The position numbers and the translations under genes are program-made. Below are positions 61,069 through 64,000 of a stretch of 64,000 nucleotides of DNA, piece by piece. The stretch comes from Eubacteriaceae bacterium (GTDB lineage Bacteria; Bacillota; Clostridia; Peptostreptococcales; Anaerovoracaceae): assembly GCA_028727785.1 (NCBI GenBank), contig JAQYNQ010000087.1, positions 4,746 to 68,745 of the forward strand, written 5' to 3'. A model generated the notes under the pieces. The model was given only the letters and a program-made list of their open reading frames with translations. It was not told the DNA's origin and ran no database searches. Numbering within the stretch: position 1 is the first letter of the stretch; each line of letters starts with the position of its first letter.

Positions 61069-61911
61069 GTGACTTATTTTAAAGCCATAATTTTAGGTTT
61101 AGTACAGGGTCTTGCTGAATTTCTGCCTATAAGCAGTTCGGGTCATCTTGCACTGCTTCAGGGGCTGTTCGGAATTGAAGGAGAAAGTGTGCTTCTGTTT
61201 GCAGTTCTTCTTCATGTAGGAACCCTGGTTTCAGTATTTATCTGCTACTGGAAAGATATCTCGGAACTGGTAGTAGAGCTTTTTATTACTATTAAGGATA
61301 TTTTTACAGGAAAGGGTTTAAGACTGAATGAGAGACCTGTAAGAAAGCTGGGGGTAATGATTATTGTTGCAACTATACCGACAGCTGTGATTGGAGTTCT
61401 TTTTAACGACCTGTTCGAAAGCTTCTATTCTTCTTTTGTTGCCATCGGAACAGGCTTTATCGTTACAGGTGTTCTTATGTTCCTTGCAGAAAGAATGGGG
61501 TCTGCAAACAGAGGAATAGAACAGATGAACTTCAGAAATGCACTGTTTATCGGTATTCTTCAGGGTGTTGCAATCTGTCCCGGTGTTTCAAGATCAGGAT
61601 CAACTCTTATTGGTGGACTAACTACCGGTTTAAGAAGAGAGTTTGCAGTTAAATTTGCCTTTCTGATATCTATTCCTTCGATTCTGGGTTCTGTTGTTCT
61701 AGAGGTTCCGGATGCGGTTAAGGCTGGCCTGGATACTGCTATAATCGGACCTGTAGTAGCAGGAGTGCTTGTTGCAGCTGTTTCCGGTATCATTGCTATA
61801 AAAGGAATGATTAAGATAGTTTCCGGTAAGAAGCTGAGTTATTTTTCATATTATGTATGGATTTTAGGTGTAATTACAATTGCACTGGGTGTTTTTTCAC
61901 CAAAGTTCTGA
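61069..61911 (+). CDS. uppP: Undecaprenyl-diphosphatase (BacA/UppP)
   Basis: GTG start; motifs QGLAEFLPISSSGH, LHVGT, PGVSRSGST and FAFLISIP. Confidence 0.95.
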   Translation: MTYFKAIILGLVQGLAEFLPISSSGHLALLQGLFGIEGESVLLFAVLLHVGTLVSVFICYWKDISELVVELFITIKDIFTGKGLRLNERPVRKLGVMIIVATIPTAVIGVLFNDLFESFYSSFVAIGTGFIVTGVLMFLAERMGSANRGIEQMNFRNALFIGILQGVAICPGVSRSGSTLIGGLTTGLRREFAVKFAFLISIPSILGSVVLEVPDAVKAGLDTAIIGPVVAGVLVAAVSGIIAIKGMIKIVSGKKLSYFSYYVWILGVITIALGVFSPKF

Positions 61912-61946
61912 TTTATAAGAAACCATAAAGTTAGAGAGGTTACAAA

Positions 61947-64000
61947 TTGGCTAAGGCTAAGAAGAAATCTGAAAACAAGAAAACAAATGAATCATCTAAA
62001 TCAAAGAAGAGTAACAGCAAAAACAATACAAAGAAAGAAGATATAGTTGAGCAGCGTAGAGCAGACAAACGTGTTCTCGATGTTATATGGGCGATAATTT
62101 TCATTGCCGTCGGAATATTTCTTTTTACTGCCGTTCAGTTTGAAGCTGCCGGTCAGCTTGGAAATATTATAGGCGAGGCTCTGAAAGGAGTGTTCGGTCA
62201 TGTGGGTCTTGCGTTACCATGGTATCTGATTATCTTCGGACTAATGATATTTGCAAGGAAAACTGCCCATATCAGTAAGCTATCAGGCTTTCTAAGCTTT
62301 GCCATCCTTCTGTTTGCATGCATAATAAACTCTGCCAGATTTATCGAAACAAGTAAGCTGGAATTTCTTTTTGAGGAGTTTTACAAAAAGGGAATCGTTC
62401 TAGAAAATGGCGGTTTCTTTGGCATGACTGTTGGTACCCTGCTTGTTAAAATGATTGGTACCGTAGGATTATATATTTTCTCTGTGGTGGGAATACTAAT
62501 ATGTTTCTTAATTGTATTCAACACTCCTGTTTCAAGAGGCATGGATAAATTTGCCGAGCATCGTTTGGAAAAGAAACATGAGAAGGAAATTAGAGCTGCG
62601 GAGCGTGCTGAAAGGGAACAGAGAGCACAAAGTTCTGAATCTGTGCGTGATGGTCAGCAGCTTCAGTTATCTTTTTCACCGGAACAGATGGCTAATCCCT
62701 ACGATACCCCTTCGGAAAATGCATCTTCAAAAGCGTCCGATGGATGGAAGAGAAGAAGCAAAGAAGAGAATATCATTAAATTTATGACAGATGAAAGTCC
62801 TTTTCAAAATACCGGTGAAGTTAAAATCAGCACTTCATACGGATTAGAAGAAAAGGTTGACTATGGAGAAGGTTATGGACTGGATGGTGTAGTTGAACCT
62901 AAAGAAACTAAATCTAAAACAGATAATGAACCTGTAAACAGAATGTTCTATAAACCATCAGCTGATTTGAACAGAGAGAATTCTGGTTGTGATGCTCCGA
63001 ATAATGCTATCCCCGGTGTAATTACAACAGAAGAGCCTGTCAAGCTGACAAAGAAAGAAGCAAGTGCACTGACTCTTGATCCTTCAGAGATGGCAGGGCA
63101 GAAAGTACATAAGCAGTATAAAAAACCCCATATCAGCTTCCTTAATAAGCCTCAGCAGACAGACAGAGGAAATATCAACATGGAACTTAAAATGAAGGCC
63201 GCCAAGCTGGAGGAAACTTTGCAGAATTTTCATGTTGATGCAAGAGTAATCCGGGTTACTCAGGGTCCTGCTGTAACTCGTTACGAAATCCAGCCTAATG
63301 TGGGCGTTAAGGTAAACAGCATCGTTCGACTTGCTGATGATATTGCGCTTAATCTTGAAGCTAAGAGTATTCGAATAGAGGCACCTATTCCGGGTAAGGC
63401 AGCTGTTGGAATTGAAGTGGAGAATGACCATATTAATATGGTCACTCTAAGAGAAATTATTGATTCCAAAGAGTTCAGGGATGCAAAATCTAAGATTACT
63501 TTTGCAGTAGGCAAGGATATAGCCGGCAAAGCTATAGTTGCTGATTTGAAGAGTATGCCTCATCTGCTGATTGCAGGGTCAACAGGTTCCGGAAAGAGCG
63601 TCTGCATTAACAGTATTATCACAAGTATATTATATAAAGCTGATCCTGAGGAAGTTAAGCTTGTTCTGATTGATCCAAAGGTTGTAGAACTTGGAAACTA
63701 TAATGGAATACCTCACCTTCTGATCCCTGTAGTTACAGAACCGACTAAAGCTGCGGCTGCACTTAACTGGGCAGTTGCGGAAATGACGGATCGATACAAA
63801 AAGTTTGCCGAAAATCAGGTTAGAGATCTTGCCGGTTTTAATGACGCTATGAAGGCAAAAGGTCAGCCTGATGAAGTAATGCCTCAGATTGTTATTATCA
63901 TTGATGAGCTTGCTGATCTGATGATGGCTGCACCGTCTCAGGTTGAGGAATCCATATGCCGACTTGCACAGATGGCTCGAGCTGCCGGTATGCATCTTAT
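61947..64000 (+). CDS. ftsK: DNA translocase FtsK/SpoIIIE; 3'-truncated by window edge; absent from the ORF track
   Basis: TTG start after a GAGAGG SD (MAKAKKKSENK...), TM region, then GPAVTRYE, IRIEAPIPGK, PHLLIAGSTGSGKS, DPK..EL, IIDELADLM and RAAGMHL in one frame to the end. Confidence 0.95.
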   Translation, partial: MAKAKKKSENKKTNESSKSKKSNSKNNTKKEDIVEQRRADKRVLDVIWAIIFIAVGIFLFTAVQFEAAGQLGNIIGEALKGVFGHVGLALPWYLIIFGLMIFARKTAHISKLSGFLSFAILLFACIINSARFIETSKLEFLFEEFYKKGIVLENGGFFGMTVGTLLVKMIGTVGLYIFSVVGILICFLIVFNTPVSRGMDKFAEHRLEKKHEKEIRAAERAEREQRAQSSESVRDGQQLQLSFSPEQMANPYDTPSENASSKASDGWKRRSKEENIIKFMTDESPFQNTGEVKISTSYGLEEKVDYGEGYGLDGVVEPKETKSKTDNEPVNRMFYKPSADLNRENSGCDAPNNAIPGVITTEEPVKLTKKEASALTLDPSEMAGQKVHKQYKKPHISFLNKPQQTDRGNINMELKMKAAKLEETLQNFHVDARVIRVTQGPAVTRYEIQPNVGVKVNSIVRLADDIALNLEAKSIRIEAPIPGKAAVGIEVENDHINMVTLREIIDSKEFRDAKSKITFAVGKDIAGKAIVADLKSMPHLLIAGSTGSGKSVCINSIITSILYKADPEEVKLVLIDPKVVELGNYNGIPHLLIPVVTEPTKAAAALNWAVAEMTDRYKKFAENQVRDLAGFNDAMKAKGQPDEVMPQIVIIIDELADLMMAAPSQVEESICRLAQMARAAGMHL

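Overview
A chromosomal stretch from an AT-rich anaerobic, apparently spore-forming Clostridia-type Firmicute (taxon inferred from gene content only). It is gene-dense and almost all genes lie on the + strand. I saw no tRNA, rRNA, CRISPR array, IS element or prophage. From left to right: (1) priA'-def-fmt-Zn peptidase-rsmB-stp-pknB-rsgA-rpe. (2) pbp1A on the minus strand, then comEC-holA. (3) A 475-bp intergenic region packed with DnaA boxes, in front of a GltD-like/[FeFe]-hydrogenase gene pair. (4) argR-recN diverging from ruvCAB-queA-tgt-rlmD-ABCF-folE-HD-folP-folBK, across a LexA-like box. (5) A preQ1-I riboswitch followed by a VUT/YhhQ-like transporter, an SDR dehydrogenase, glpK, a PfkB kinase, alkD and a nucleoside phosphorylase. 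(6) GH25-metF-metH, sstT, a membrane-anchored PepD homologue lacking its metal ligands, a GNAT and nrdDG. (7) rpmB, asp23-recG, a SASP gene, rsmD-coaD, ylbJ-tmcAL-ackA, rpmF, dapA/asd, uppP and a partial ftsK. The best leads are: the preQ1-riboswitch/transporter/SDR unit as a possible undescribed queuine-salvage route, the non-origin DnaA-box cluster, the PepD pseudoenzyme, and the HD protein in the folate operon. All functional calls come from motif recognition by eye; no database search was run.
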